In this document: positions 30,001-39,700 of the stretch, in pieces
Layout: every line of letters starts with the position of its first letter
Position numbering within the stretch: position 1 is the stretch's first letter
From: Macrostomum lignano
Taxonomy: Eukaryota
Length of the DNA stretch: 64,000 nt
Direction of reading: 5' to 3'
Assembly: GCA_002269645.1 (NCBI GenBank)
Contig: NIVC01000343.1
Span: forward strand, 171,218 to 235,217
The notes under the pieces: generated by a model
Told to the model about the DNA's origin: nothing
The model's database searches: none
Seen by the model: the letters and a program-made list of their open reading frames with translations, nothing else
Translations under genes and position numbers: made by a program

Positions 30001-33000
30001 ACTCAACGACGCCCGTCCCGGTGTCTGTCTCAGTCAGGAAGTAGATATCCCTATCTGATTGTTCACTTTATCGGTGGCACGCCGAGCATCTCCAGAAACT
30101 CGGACGGGTGAAGCACGGAGACCTGGGCGAAGGTGCTTCATCGTGGCGACTTGCTCCTTCGGCCTTCCTTTGGCGCATCAAGATTCCAAATTGAATGGTG
30201 CTTCGTGTTCGAGGGGTGAGAGGGACGCTCCCGGTCGGGCAGGTGCCCCTTCATCAGAGAGGTGCTTTATGCCACAGACTACTCTAAGTTGCTCTCGCGG
30301 AAAGTAGCCGCCTGACCGAATGAAAGCCCAATGATGATTAATTCATTCATCCACTCTGCAGACAGTCAGGCGGCGATATACGCCCTTGAGTGCACCACCA
30401 CCAGCTCGCGTACATTGCGCAGCTTGACGCATAGGCGCCTCCAACAAGGTGTCCCTAAAAAGTATCCCCGGGCACTCGGGCCACCCCAGCATCAAGTTGG
30501 TTGATCGCCTGGCTAACGCTGGCTTGACCGGATCCTTCACTGGTCCCCTGCTCGTGGCCCCCACCCCATCACTGTTTTCACCACTCGGATCAACCTGTGG
30601 GTGGCTTCAAAGCACAGGGAGAGGTGGGCTAACGCCCCCGGCTGCCGGAAATCCCGCGCGGCTGTCCCCTGTCCTTCCTCCGCCCTGCGCAGGGCCCTGC
30701 TTGGACTCAACCGCAGGGACATCAGGGTGGTAATCATGGCCCTTTCAGACCATAGCTGCTTTGCCAGGCATCGCTCACCTCCAGGGAAAAAATCCGCAGT
30801 GAGGAATTACCCGTTCTGCCTCTCCGGTGTTGGGAATGCGGAGAACTTCATCTGTGACTGCTCTGCCTTTACTCAGGACATGCTCACCTACTTCGACCCA
30901 AACCCGGACCTTTCCGACGATTTCAGGCCCGAAAATCTCTGCCAGCTCGTCCGCTACCCAAAGGGTACAGGGCGAGCGACAATCCACCTCCTGGACTCTC
31001 CGGAGGGGGACCGCTCTGCGGACACCGGCACCACCGGATCTCCCTGCGCGACACCAAAGCACCAGCTGCCCATGGTCGCTAGGGGTTAGCGGAATGGACG
31101 GCGACGCTTCCCTCTGTGAAAGATTTCCAGCCTGTGGAAAGCGACAACCCAGTGACTCAAGGAAGGAGGGCTCGTCAAGGAATGATACTTTAGGTATTTA
31201 AAGCGAAATGTACTGGAATCCAGCTGTTCAAGTAAAATCGGATTTCTTCAACTTAGCTGCTTGTACAGCATGTTTGGATTTGAGAGCCAGATGTACTCAC
31301 TATTTCCCGCCTCATGAATGGTAAAGTTGAGGCCGCCCTGCCTGCTCAGCCAGCAGCTGCCGTTGACAGGCGACAGGGTGGTCCAGCAGAAGCCCAAGTA
31401 ATTCGGCACGTAGTTGCCATCGTGGTCGAACACTTCCAGTAGTAAGTCGCCAGCCGGGTAGGCCCGGGGCAGGGTGATGTCCCACACGGGATTGAGCGAG
31501 TCTGCGGGATTCGAATACGGCTTTGGTTGCCATAATAGCGTCATTTCAATTGCTAAAGCGCCATGCAAGGAAAGCACTAATAGTATATTAATTGAAAGGA
31601 GAGCTGAAAATGTTGATGCAGTCAGGGACAACTAGTTGTCCCAGGATGCACTACTTGTATGTGGGTTTACAGTTCTACCCCGTGGTTGAAGAAGTTGTCT
31701 ACTTTACTAAAGAGAGTTTTTTTGTAAGTGCTTCCCTGGGAGCGGGGCCACGTGATGTAAGGCACGTGTGGGTGGCTGTGCCCTTCAATGCCCACTTGCC
31801 ACTCAATGCAGCTTTTGAGACATCTCTGACTGAAGTAGCCAGCCAAGCGTGTGCCGTGCCTGGCGCTGTATGAGGCTGCTGGCCACAGGCAAGCGCGCTT
31901 GTTAAGCCATCTGTGACCGCGCCAGCAGCTGCTTCAAGACCTTGCTAAAAGACATTTTAGCAGAATAATTAAATGCCTTAGCTAAATGCTTGACAACTTC
32001 GCCTAGCTTTTGTCAATTTTCTCGCCCACATATATACCTTATAATTTAGTATGACCGTGGCAATCGCGCGGCAGGATGCAAGGATTCAAGAAGCTTCTAG
32101 AAGTTGATGGCTGAAACACGCTTAGGGTTTGACTAAAGATGCTTACGGGCTAGCCCAGAAGCTCACGGATACCCTGTGCCTCGGGTTTGTACCTTAATAC
32201 TATAATATTTATAATAATATCAAATACAGCTCAGCCGATGGAAGCGGGGTCGCCACACACATCCTCAATTACCCCAGCTAATGCTGGCACCCATTTTACA
32301 GCTGGGTGAACTGGAGCAATGAAGAGTTAAGTGTCTTGCTCAAGGACACATTGTTCCGAGTGGGTCGTGAATCGAACCCCCGACCTTTGAGTCGTGAGCC
32401 CGACGCTCTAACTACTAGGCTACAACCCCCCCCCAGTTGTTGGACCCCAAAAAGACTTTAATTGCACTCGATAAGCCCCAGGAAGACTTCCGTTCACGAA
32501 TACCTCGTTGCGCGAATTTTGGCTATTCGTGGGTTGCTTTTTCGCGCAAGAATGTCACACATTTCACATTGAAAATTGAACACCACATGCACGTATTGTT
32601 TTCAACAGATAGCAACTCACCAGAAACTTTTTCCGTGCTTTGGATGACAGTCGCTGCTGAGCAGGCTCCGCTCACGGCCAGAACGTACGCGTCGGAATTG
32701 GATCCCGAGCCCGAACCGTCCTTGCCCAAAATATTGTTGGCCTCCATGACCTTGACGCGGTACAGCATGTGCGGCAGGTTGGCTGGAACCGGATGATAAG
32801 AAAGTAATAGATTTATTACTTATTGATGTCAATTCTCAAATGCACTTTTAGTCTCTTTACTGAGCCATATGCTTCTCTCATTTGCTTGAACTGGTAAAGT
32901 TTAAAGGAAAAAATAGAATTTATTTTCACAGCCAACTTTAGTAGCTCGGAGGACACAACTTTTCCTGAACTGGCCTGACAGTAATGCTGACATGCGGGAG

Positions 33001-34574
33001 GTAGCCAGGGAGGGGACAAGAATTCTGGTGCCCCTTCGCAACAACTGTGGCGCCCCCCCCCCCAACCAACCAGGTTTAGCGCCCAAGTTTCAAATTTTTT
33101 TTTTAATTACACAACAAATACTGGTGTCCCTTGGTGCTGGCGCCCCTGGTGCTGGCGCCCCTGGTGCTGGCGCCCCTGGTGCTGGCGCCCCTGGTGCTGG
33201 CGCCCCTGGTGCTGGCGCCCCTGGTGCTGGCGCCCCTGGTGCTGGCGCCCCTGGTGCTGGCGCCCCTGGTGCTGGCGCCCCTGGTGCTGGCGCCCCTGGT
33301 GCTGGCGCCCCTGGTGCTGGCGCCCCTGGTGCTGGCGCCCCTGGTGCTGGCGCCCCTGGTGCTGGCGCCCCTGGTGCTACTGCGTAGCTAACTAAAACTC
33401 CGTTTGATTTCACCAAGTATAAGAAAACCCAGAATACTATATCCCAACAATAAAACAGGTTATTAAGTACATAACTAGCTGTACAAACGCACTTATCCAA
33501 TAGTAAGTGAGCACGCCCCGGTAAGCAGATGAGTTTGTTAGCCGCAGGCGACACTGGTGGAATCCGTCACCAATGACTCCTGAGCATCGGCCGATTTCCA
33601 AGTGAGCGCTTGTGGCATTGAACCGGTGCAGCGCAACCAACTCAAAGCTCAGTGCCGACCAGGAATCTATGCCGCAGATTGAATTCCACACAGCTGCCTC
33701 CTTGGAGCATTTGCCTGCCAAGGAAAAGGCAGCAGAACAGAGCTTTGATTATTAATCATATCAACCGTAGCAAACTAAGGGCTTCATAGAAATTCTGTTT
33801 TAAAGTCCACACTGGGTCATTCTTGCTCATTGTACGTCTGGTCTGTCTCTGGCATACAGAGTAGATCTTTTAAATCCCTGCTTTCAAACTTTCAGGGTCA
33901 TAAAAAAGGCCATAGACGCCACAGCGGGCTACTCTCTTTGCTCTCTTTGTGTTATTCGCGAAACCCGCAAGTTCACCCGCTCACAAAATAAAAAAACGCA
34001 GCCTCTCTCATGTTTCCCTTTTACGAGTAGTTGACCTTTTCAACTAGGTGAAAGCGAGACCATAGACATTTAATAAAGTGATATTCACTATGCTAACATG
34101 TGGGGGCTCCGCCCCCACATCCCCGCAGGGGACTGCGTCTCCTTGACCCCTCTTTACACTGCATTCAGTGTCTATGGTCTAAACTGTTTTGCGGTTTGTT
34201 TCTAAATACATCCCGGAGTTTGAAAGCATCGATTTAGTTGAGGTTATACATAGTTTTTACGGGTTGTATTAACTTTAATCCCTCCACCCGGCTTTCGGGA
34301 TTTTAAAAAATACAACCCTAAAAACCATGAATTATCTTCTACATACTTGTTTATCAAACTACGAGTATAGTTGCAAAAGGCACCAACCGCTAAGCACAGT
34401 AGTGTTGCACACAGCATTTCCATCAAGCAGAACCTGCACAAACGGATTGGAGCTGCCCTGCTCAAGGCATGTCAGGCCAAAGCCGCTGTTGACTATCAGA
34501 GCAGCTTCTGCAGAGGAGCAGAAGCGAAGCAAAATCAGCAGGAGCAGCTTCTCAGTCAGCGTTATTGACCACAT
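24052..34574 (-). CDS. Secreted triple-C2-domain protein, paralogue 4 (divergent, ~382 aa)
   Basis: Minus-strand exons 34574-34388, 33714-33493, 32782-32621, 31501-31301, 24946-24815, 24372-24142 and tentative 24065-24052 total 1149 nt, open and all phase 1. The last donor is GCAAGT. Signal [24 protein letters not shown]. The 12 Cys match the other copies. Motifs [46 protein letters not shown]. Confidence 0.85.
24476..24556. repeat. 14-15-bp tandem repeat (CTTCCCTTGCCGCAC)
   Basis: Direct inspection, about 5 copies. Confidence 0.9.
25321..29663 (+). mobile_element. Full-length Ty3/gypsy LTR retrotransposon 1 (Mag-like), 4343 bp
   Basis: 234-bp LTRs at 25321-25554 and 29430-29663 (TGTGG...CAACA) are identical by eye. 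5-bp TSD CCATT. PBS-like TGGCGTCGCAGC from 25556. PPT AGGGAGGGGCA before the 3' LTR. Confidence 0.97.
25555..29328 (+). CDS. Single gag-pol polyprotein of element 1 (1257 aa)
   Basis: Paired knuckles CRYCGKSH..C / [11 protein letters not shown], protease IDTGAS, RT YQDD, RNase H DASKG/ERE/TDH, integrase H-H-CPDC and DDE core. Confidence 0.97.
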   Translation: MASQLGELPLDKPDRAQVWLTAFQALARAKGWSDSTEKKTIADNFLAICGLTALEKLQSLVSPRPLTELSFEDIQTTFVTYLRPKEKLIIAERARFFKTQQLQGESISDFVSRLRQAATDCKFDDLKACRSPSEELISTALIAGLRDSREQQRVLEAMQLKLMSVSEITDFIRNLEQVDGFVARQMDKATGQSKTPCTYEATLHYAQSGRPETSQHASSRRTISACRYCGKSHPEGRCPAFGKSCSKCGKKNHFSTVCKSRSMHYTTTCEEDSDSAQQKTDVLHLIDALNSIEVSMETVRINDKPFKMQIDTGASVSVLSSAQWALLGKPPLMRSNRRLEAFDGHVMKSLGKVTATVELRGRLQPVELIVVSSEKTYGLLGRDLLESDGVFHASDVQAEKTAIEPLPCIRGVKARMELVDGAKPQFCRARAVPLALESQISAELDRLHQLGVIEPTEGPVSNASPVVWVKKKDGTLRMCADYSVHVNSKIKSDSYPIPHIETMFSKLKNAKTFATVDLRSAYWQIELDEAARDLSVINTSRGLYRVNRLQMGMKNASFIFQRTMESILGDIKGLLIYQDDILIHAPDKPTLEKRLAAVRTRLSEKRVTINEAKSISYCDSVSFLGFRISAAGIQPDDRLVEKIRHVCPPANKSELAHFLGLVNFFGRLIPNFAGKTAPLNRLRQASVPFVWSEECSKAFESLKLEIASAPVVQPYSLTKELTLTTDASKGALAAVATQDGHPVIYVSRSLSSAESNYSNIEREALAIVWAIARLKHYFHGRPFTIRTDHQPLIRFFGSGSGVPVDASARIGRWALYLMQFDYRIQYARGSRIPHVDALSRLRFDDSSSDDKATFETINSIAFESPVIDAKRITAEIELDALTQRILNRVRQGDWRNCSQAEAQFKKVSNKLTLENGLLYMQRRVFIPPRLRKPAFDAIHDTHTGMHAAHSLMSTSCWWPGMQQDVAQFVRRCPDCCRLRPQLGHDRDRWPPSTYPFQRVHMDWAYVKGAGNILVIVDSFSGWIEAFPCRDRTADSVIQCLRTVFTRFGVPELVVSDNAPEFTTEVLTSWLRANGAKKLESPTYYPQANGAAERAVQTVKSALRAWSEKITHMEFSRFLQKVLLHHRNSASSRGCCPAEILFGRRLRVPVVTNFEQGDSVIYAPSSSSVGNPAKFVMTAGQNTAWILADDGLRLASTNQLAPMATRPSEFEMEDEDETNSVPETGNEPVAGIQTPVPEEAVQLRRSLRNRSAPERFVP
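30060..31200 (+). mobile_element. Decayed 3' end of a non-LTR retrotransposon with RNase H and a C-terminal zinc finger (I/LOA/R1-type)
   Basis: Frame-broken motifs [31 protein letters not shown] (RNase H W-PGH-G-GNE-AD-LA) and [10 protein letters not shown]...[19 protein letters not shown]. Confidence 0.75.
32227..32422 (-). mobile_element. tRNA-derived SINE (same family as 21198-21470)
   Basis: Shares GTTAAGTGTCTTGCTCAAGGACACA and ATCGAACCCCCGACCTTT with the 21.3-kb copy. Confidence 0.85.
33133..33378. repeat. 15-bp perfect minisatellite (GGTGCTGGCGCCCCT) x16, probably within a MITE-like element, in intron 2 of paralogue 4
   Basis: Direct inspection. The GAPGA and VLAPL ORFs in the track are artefacts. 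Confidence 0.95.
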
Positions 34575-34667
34575 TGTCGCTAGCTCGGGTGGAGCGTTGC
34601 TATGGAAGAGATCTAGAATAAATGTGTTTGTATAAAATGAGCAGTTGTATTTAAGCAAACAAAGAAG

Positions 34668-35596
34668 TGTAGTGCATGCGCCCTTGTCAGTTGGCAGGGC
34701 GCGTTGCACTTTGGGGCTGGTTGGGGGGGTTGGCGGGCGTGGCAGGGTTTGGCCGCCGGCCGGGCTTTGCGCGTGCCCCTCCCCAGCCGTGCCCCTGCCC
34801 CGTGCTCAGGGCTGGTTGGCTGCGGCCGGGCCAGCTTTGGCGCGGGTGCTGCCCCTCCCCCCTTAGGCGGGGTTTTGATTGGCTGGGCCGGCGTGGTTTG
34901 TTTTGGTGAGCTTAGCCGGTGGGCCGTCTGCCCCAGGGTTTGGGTGCTATTTATGGTGCGACTCTGGCTCTTGCCCACCTCCTGCGTGCTTTTTGTGTTT
35001 TGGTGTGCTCCGAGAGTGCAAGCGCGAGACCTGATAAAAGAAACAGCAACATTAGCTACTTCGATAAAAGAAACAGCAACATTAGCTACTTCGATAAAAG
35101 AAACAGCAACATTAGCTACTTCGATAAAAGAAACACAATAGCCTAATTGAGAAGAGTCTTGGAGAATTAAGAAGAAGTCGGAAACTGCGCTTGAGACCTG
35201 CGAATAATAAACGGTGAACAGTCATCTGGCCACTGGTAAGCCGCCTGCTGTTTGAGTCCTTTCTTTTCGGGAAGCTTGCTAGGCCGAATTCTTGCCAGAG
35301 CGTCATAACGCCGGGAGACCATATAGCTTCTGTAGTACGGTACCGTTTACCATATATATTGCGTACGCCCTACGGTATAGAGAATAGAAGCACTCCAGAG
35401 TGTCACCACACCTCGAGCCGCAGCGTGAACTCTGAGTGTCACAACACCAGAGGGATCGAATTATTATCGCAGAGCGTCGCCACGCCTGCTCGTCGTATTC
35501 ATAAAAGTACAGACAGAGCGTCACAACGCCTGTTATATCACATATAATATATATTGTACTCGGGACTGGGCACCCAAGCCGACCCGGGTTACGACA
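34668..35596 (+). repeat. 5' LTR of element 2
   Basis: GC-rich U3 with reverse CCAAT (GATTGGCTG), TATA-like GCTATTTAT (~34946), a 30-bp triple repeat at ~35033-35130, AATAAA at 35206 and donor-like CTG|GTAAGC at 35235/35236. Confidence 0.95.
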
Positions 35597-35599
35597 AAT

Positions 35600-35617
35600 T
35601 TGCGCCCGAACAGGGAC
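35600..35617 (+). other. Primer-binding site for tRNA-Lys(UUU)
   Basis: TTGCGCCCGAACAGGGAC matches 17/18 of TGGCGCCCGAACAGGGAC, the complement of the tRNA-Lys3 3' end. It lies 3 nt after the LTR. Confidence 0.9.
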
Positions 35618-35841
35618 CCTGTCCCCAAAGATTGAAAGTCGGCTCAGTTGCTTTCTATGAAAATTGCTGTCATATTGTGAGCGTTTTTTCTTATTAAAAC
35701 GACTTTTGCTTATCGCCTGCGGCTACTGCCCTACCGCAAAAGACATTGATCACGGTGACAGACAACTGATTGGTTATCAGAGATTGATAGCTATCACCAC
35801 CTCAGAGTAAAGAGTAGCAACGGTATTCAGTGACTTCGGCC

Positions 35842-36762
35842 ATGGGTGATCAAGCTATGGACCAACTGATCGATGCGCTGGCTGCGCGCCTCAGAGCCAA
35901 CGCCGACCGAGCAGCGCCACGACTCTCGAAGCCGCCCAAGTACATACCAACGATGAATTTCAGCCTATGGCTGCAGAGTTTCAACGAGTACTGCGAGGCT
36001 GTCGGTATAGAAGAAGAAGCCAGGCGGCCGCACCTGATCGGCCTACTCGACCTCACAACAGCCTACGCTGCCGTTGATAAGCTGGACTTGGCAGACGACA
36101 TCGAGTACGGGGAATTCACGGATGCACTGCTGGCGCGGTTCACCATGAACAGAACAGCCCAGGACTACCGTTTTGAATTATCGAATCGAGATCAGCTAGA
36201 CAAGGAGTCTGTGGAGACCTACGGGGACGAGCTGCTGGAGTTGGTGCGCAATGCCTTCCCCACCGCGGATGCCGACACCAGGACAGAGCTGGCGAAAGAC
36301 AGATTTCTAAAAGGCGTTCGAGTAACCGACACTGTCCGAGAAAGACTGTACCTGCAGCAGCCGGCCAACCTCACCGATGCCATTCGAACAGTAAGACAAC
36401 TTGAAGCAGCCCAGAAGGCGTCTTCGACCCAGTCCAAAGCCAGACCCAGGGCTGGGCTGAATGCCTTTGCCACCGAAACGTCGACAGGTGACACCGGCAA
36501 AGACGAGGAGCTACGGCAACTGCGTCAAAAAGTAAAGGAAATGGAAGAAAAGATCCGACGGATGGAGCAGATCCAGCAGGGCCAGCAGGAGCCGCCCGAA
36601 CCCGGTCTTCAAGACAAGCAACAATCCAAGCAGGCGGCTCCGTCCAGCTCGAAGCAGCGTAGCGGTGTCAAGTGCTACAACTGCGGGGAGATAGGCCATC
36701 TCTCATTCCAGTGCCCAAAGCCGGGAAAAGGCAAGAGGGGCCCACCAGCTGGAGGCAAGTGA
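35842..36762 (+). CDS. gag: Gag of element 2
   Basis: First ATG at 35842. Capsid-like region and CCHC knuckle CYNCGEIGHLSFQC. Confidence 0.93.
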   Translation: MGDQAMDQLIDALAARLRANADRAAPRLSKPPKYIPTMNFSLWLQSFNEYCEAVGIEEEARRPHLIGLLDLTTAYAAVDKLDLADDIEYGEFTDALLARFTMNRTAQDYRFELSNRDQLDKESVETYGDELLELVRNAFPTADADTRTELAKDRFLKGVRVTDTVRERLYLQQPANLTDAIRTVRQLEAAQKASSTQSKARPRAGLNAFATETSTGDTGKDEELRQLRQKVKEMEEKIRRMEQIQQGQQEPPEPGLQDKQQSKQAAPSSSKQRSGVKCYNCGEIGHLSFQCPKPGKGKRGPPAGGK

Positions 36763-39700
36763 GCCCCTGCAATTCGTCAGCCTCCGAACAAGTCGTCATC
36801 TCATCTCATCATCATCAAACGCCCGGTACTGCGTCTCATCAGCCTCCAGTGTCCGGTACTGCGCCTCATCAGCATCCAGTGTCCGGTACTGCGCCTCATC
36901 AGCATTCAGTGTCCGGTACTGCGCCTCATCAGCCTCCAGCGTCCGGTACAGCGTCTCATCAGCCTCCAGTGTCCGGTACTGTGTCTCATCAGCATCCAGT
37001 GTCCGGTACAGTGCCTCATCAGCCTCCAGTGTCCGGTACTGCGCCTCATCAGCCTACAGTGTCCGGTACTGAGTCTCATCAGCATCCAGTGTCCGGTACT
37101 GTGTCTCATCAGCATCCAGTGTCCGGTACAGTGCCTCATCAGCCTCCAGTGTCCGGTACTGCGCCTCATCAGCATTCAGTGTCCGGTACTGCGCCTCATC
37201 AGCATCCAGTGTCCGGTACTGCGCCTCATCAGCCTCCAGCGTCCGGTACAGTGCCTCATCAGCATCCAGTGTCCGGTACTGCGCCTCATCAGCCTCCAGT
37301 GTCCGGTACAGTGCCTCATCAGCATCCAGTGTCCGGTACTGAGTCTCATCAGCATCCAGTGTCCGGTACTGCGCCTCATCAGCCTACAGTGTCCGGTACT
37401 GAGTCTCATCAGCATCCAGTGTCCGTTACAGTGCCTCATCAGCCTCCAGCGTCCGGTACTGCACCTCACCATCAACTAGCCGGTTTTGCACAGTCGCAGC
37501 GCCCAATCACCGTCAACGCACCTCAGTCAATTCAAATCAATCCTGCGTCGATATATGTTACGGCCTCAATCGCAGGGCGGAGGGTGAACGCGCTAGTGGA
37601 CTCGGGAGCTTCCTGCACCATTATCTCACGGGAAGCTTACCAAAGTATGCCGAAACAGAGCGTCAGAGATTTGGCCGGTGCTGAAGGCTACGTTAGCTTA
37701 GCAAACGGCAGCCCGATCGAAATCGAGAGAACAGTCCTGTTGCGACTGTCAATCGCTGATAAAGTAATAGATACTCCAGCCTTGGTAGTCAGCGGAGTGA
37801 AGTACCAACTGGTATTGGGATCCGACTTCTGCAGGGACAACAGTTGCGTCATCGACTACAAGACAGCTGTCTTTTCAGTGCAGGACACTGCAATCCCGTT
37901 CCGATGGCAAGCTGAGCGCCCGATCGTTTGCAGAATTTTGGCGACAAGGTCCAGCACAATACCGCCAGGTCATCAAGCAGTTCTGTCAGCAAGGCTGGAG
38001 AGCAAAGGACGACGGAACAGAGGGTGTGTCGGCCTAACTGAGAATCTCGGGGCGAACGATTTGGCAGCTGGCCGCTGGCTTGCTAAGGCCTTAGTGATCC
38101 CAAATAGCGGCAGCCGTCTGCCGACTCGACTCATCAATATCACGGAGGAGCCAGTCAGAATTCGCCAAGGTTGTACGCTCGGGTGGTTCTGCCCCCTAGA
38201 ATCCACCGAACCGTTGAACACCATCAAGCTCTTAGCCGTAGAGTCAGGAGACGATCCACAGGAAGAGCCGAAGGTCCAAGGCAGCAACAGCCCTTCGGAA
38301 GCAGACTTGCTACCAAACTCGTACGGCGACTGTGGACTGTCGACGAAAGAAGACGAAGAATTTAGAATCCTTGTCCGGAGTTACAGCGATGTGTTCACGA
38401 CCAAGCAGACTTCAAGCAAGTTAACTACCGTGGTGGAGCATGAAATTAACACCGAGAATGCGCGCCCAATCAAGATCCCACCGCGTCGTCTGCCTCCCCA
38501 CTTACAGCCAGAAGTAGATCGTCAAGTCAACGAGTTGCTGGAAAAGGGGCAGATCGAAGAAGCACAGTCACCATGGTGCTTTCCTTTGGTGTGTGTAAAG
38601 AAGAAATCAGGGGAAATGAGGATGTGCGTCGATTATCGGAAGTTGAATGAGGTCACCGTCAAGGATGCAGTGCCGATGCCGAGGGTCGATGATGCGCTGG
38701 AGGCAGTACACGGCGCCAAGATCTTCTCGACAATGGACCTTCACAGCGGGTTTTGGCAAGTAGGGGTGAGACCTCAGGATCAGGACAAGACGGCGTTTGC
38801 AGTGCCGCATCGCGGACAATTTCGATGGAAGGTTATGCCGTTCGGCTTAGTGAACAGCCCAGCAACATTCACCAGGTTGATGGCAGCCGTTCTGGACAAG
38901 CAGATGTGGAAAACCTGTCTCGTCTACATCGACGATCTACTGGTTTGGTCAACCGACGTGGATGAACACCTGAGAAGACTGGAGGAAATATTCAGCAAGT
39001 TGCGGCAAGCAAATTTGTGCCTGAAGCCCCAGAAGTGTCACTTTTTGCAAAAGCAAGTGAAATTTCTCGGTCACACGCTGTCGGCTGCTGGCATCAGTAC
39101 CGATGAGGAGAAAGTTCAAGAAGTGAAGAACTGGCCAACACCGCGATCCTCGACGGAGCTGCATTCATTCTTGGGCCTGTGTGGCTATTACAGAAAGTTT
39201 ATTAAAGATTTCGCCGCAATAGCAGCGCCTCTAACTCGATTGACAACAAAAGACGCAAAGTTTGAATGGAAAACGGAACAGCAGCTGGCGTTCGAAACAT
39301 TGAAGGAACGAATGACAAGTTCAGAGGTTATGGCTCATCCGGATTTCTCCCCGGATGCCGGAGAGTTTATCCTCGATACTGATGGCAGTTCGAAGATGGG
39401 CATAGGAGCGGTACTTTCTCAAGTCCAGCCAGATGGAGCAGAACGAGTGATCGCCTATGGGTCCAAGACACTAAATCAAGCCGAACGCAACTATTGTACG
39501 ACTCGTTTAGAACTACTAGCGGTTGTGACTTTCATCATGAAGTTCAGATACTATCTGCTTGGAAAAGCGTTCTGTCTGCGAACGGACCACAGCAGCCTGC
39601 AATGGTTAAAAAACTTCAGTGACGCCGAGGGACAGGTTGCTCGCTGGTTGGAGAAGTTGGCTCCATTTCAGTACCGCATCGTTCACAGACCAGGTCGATC

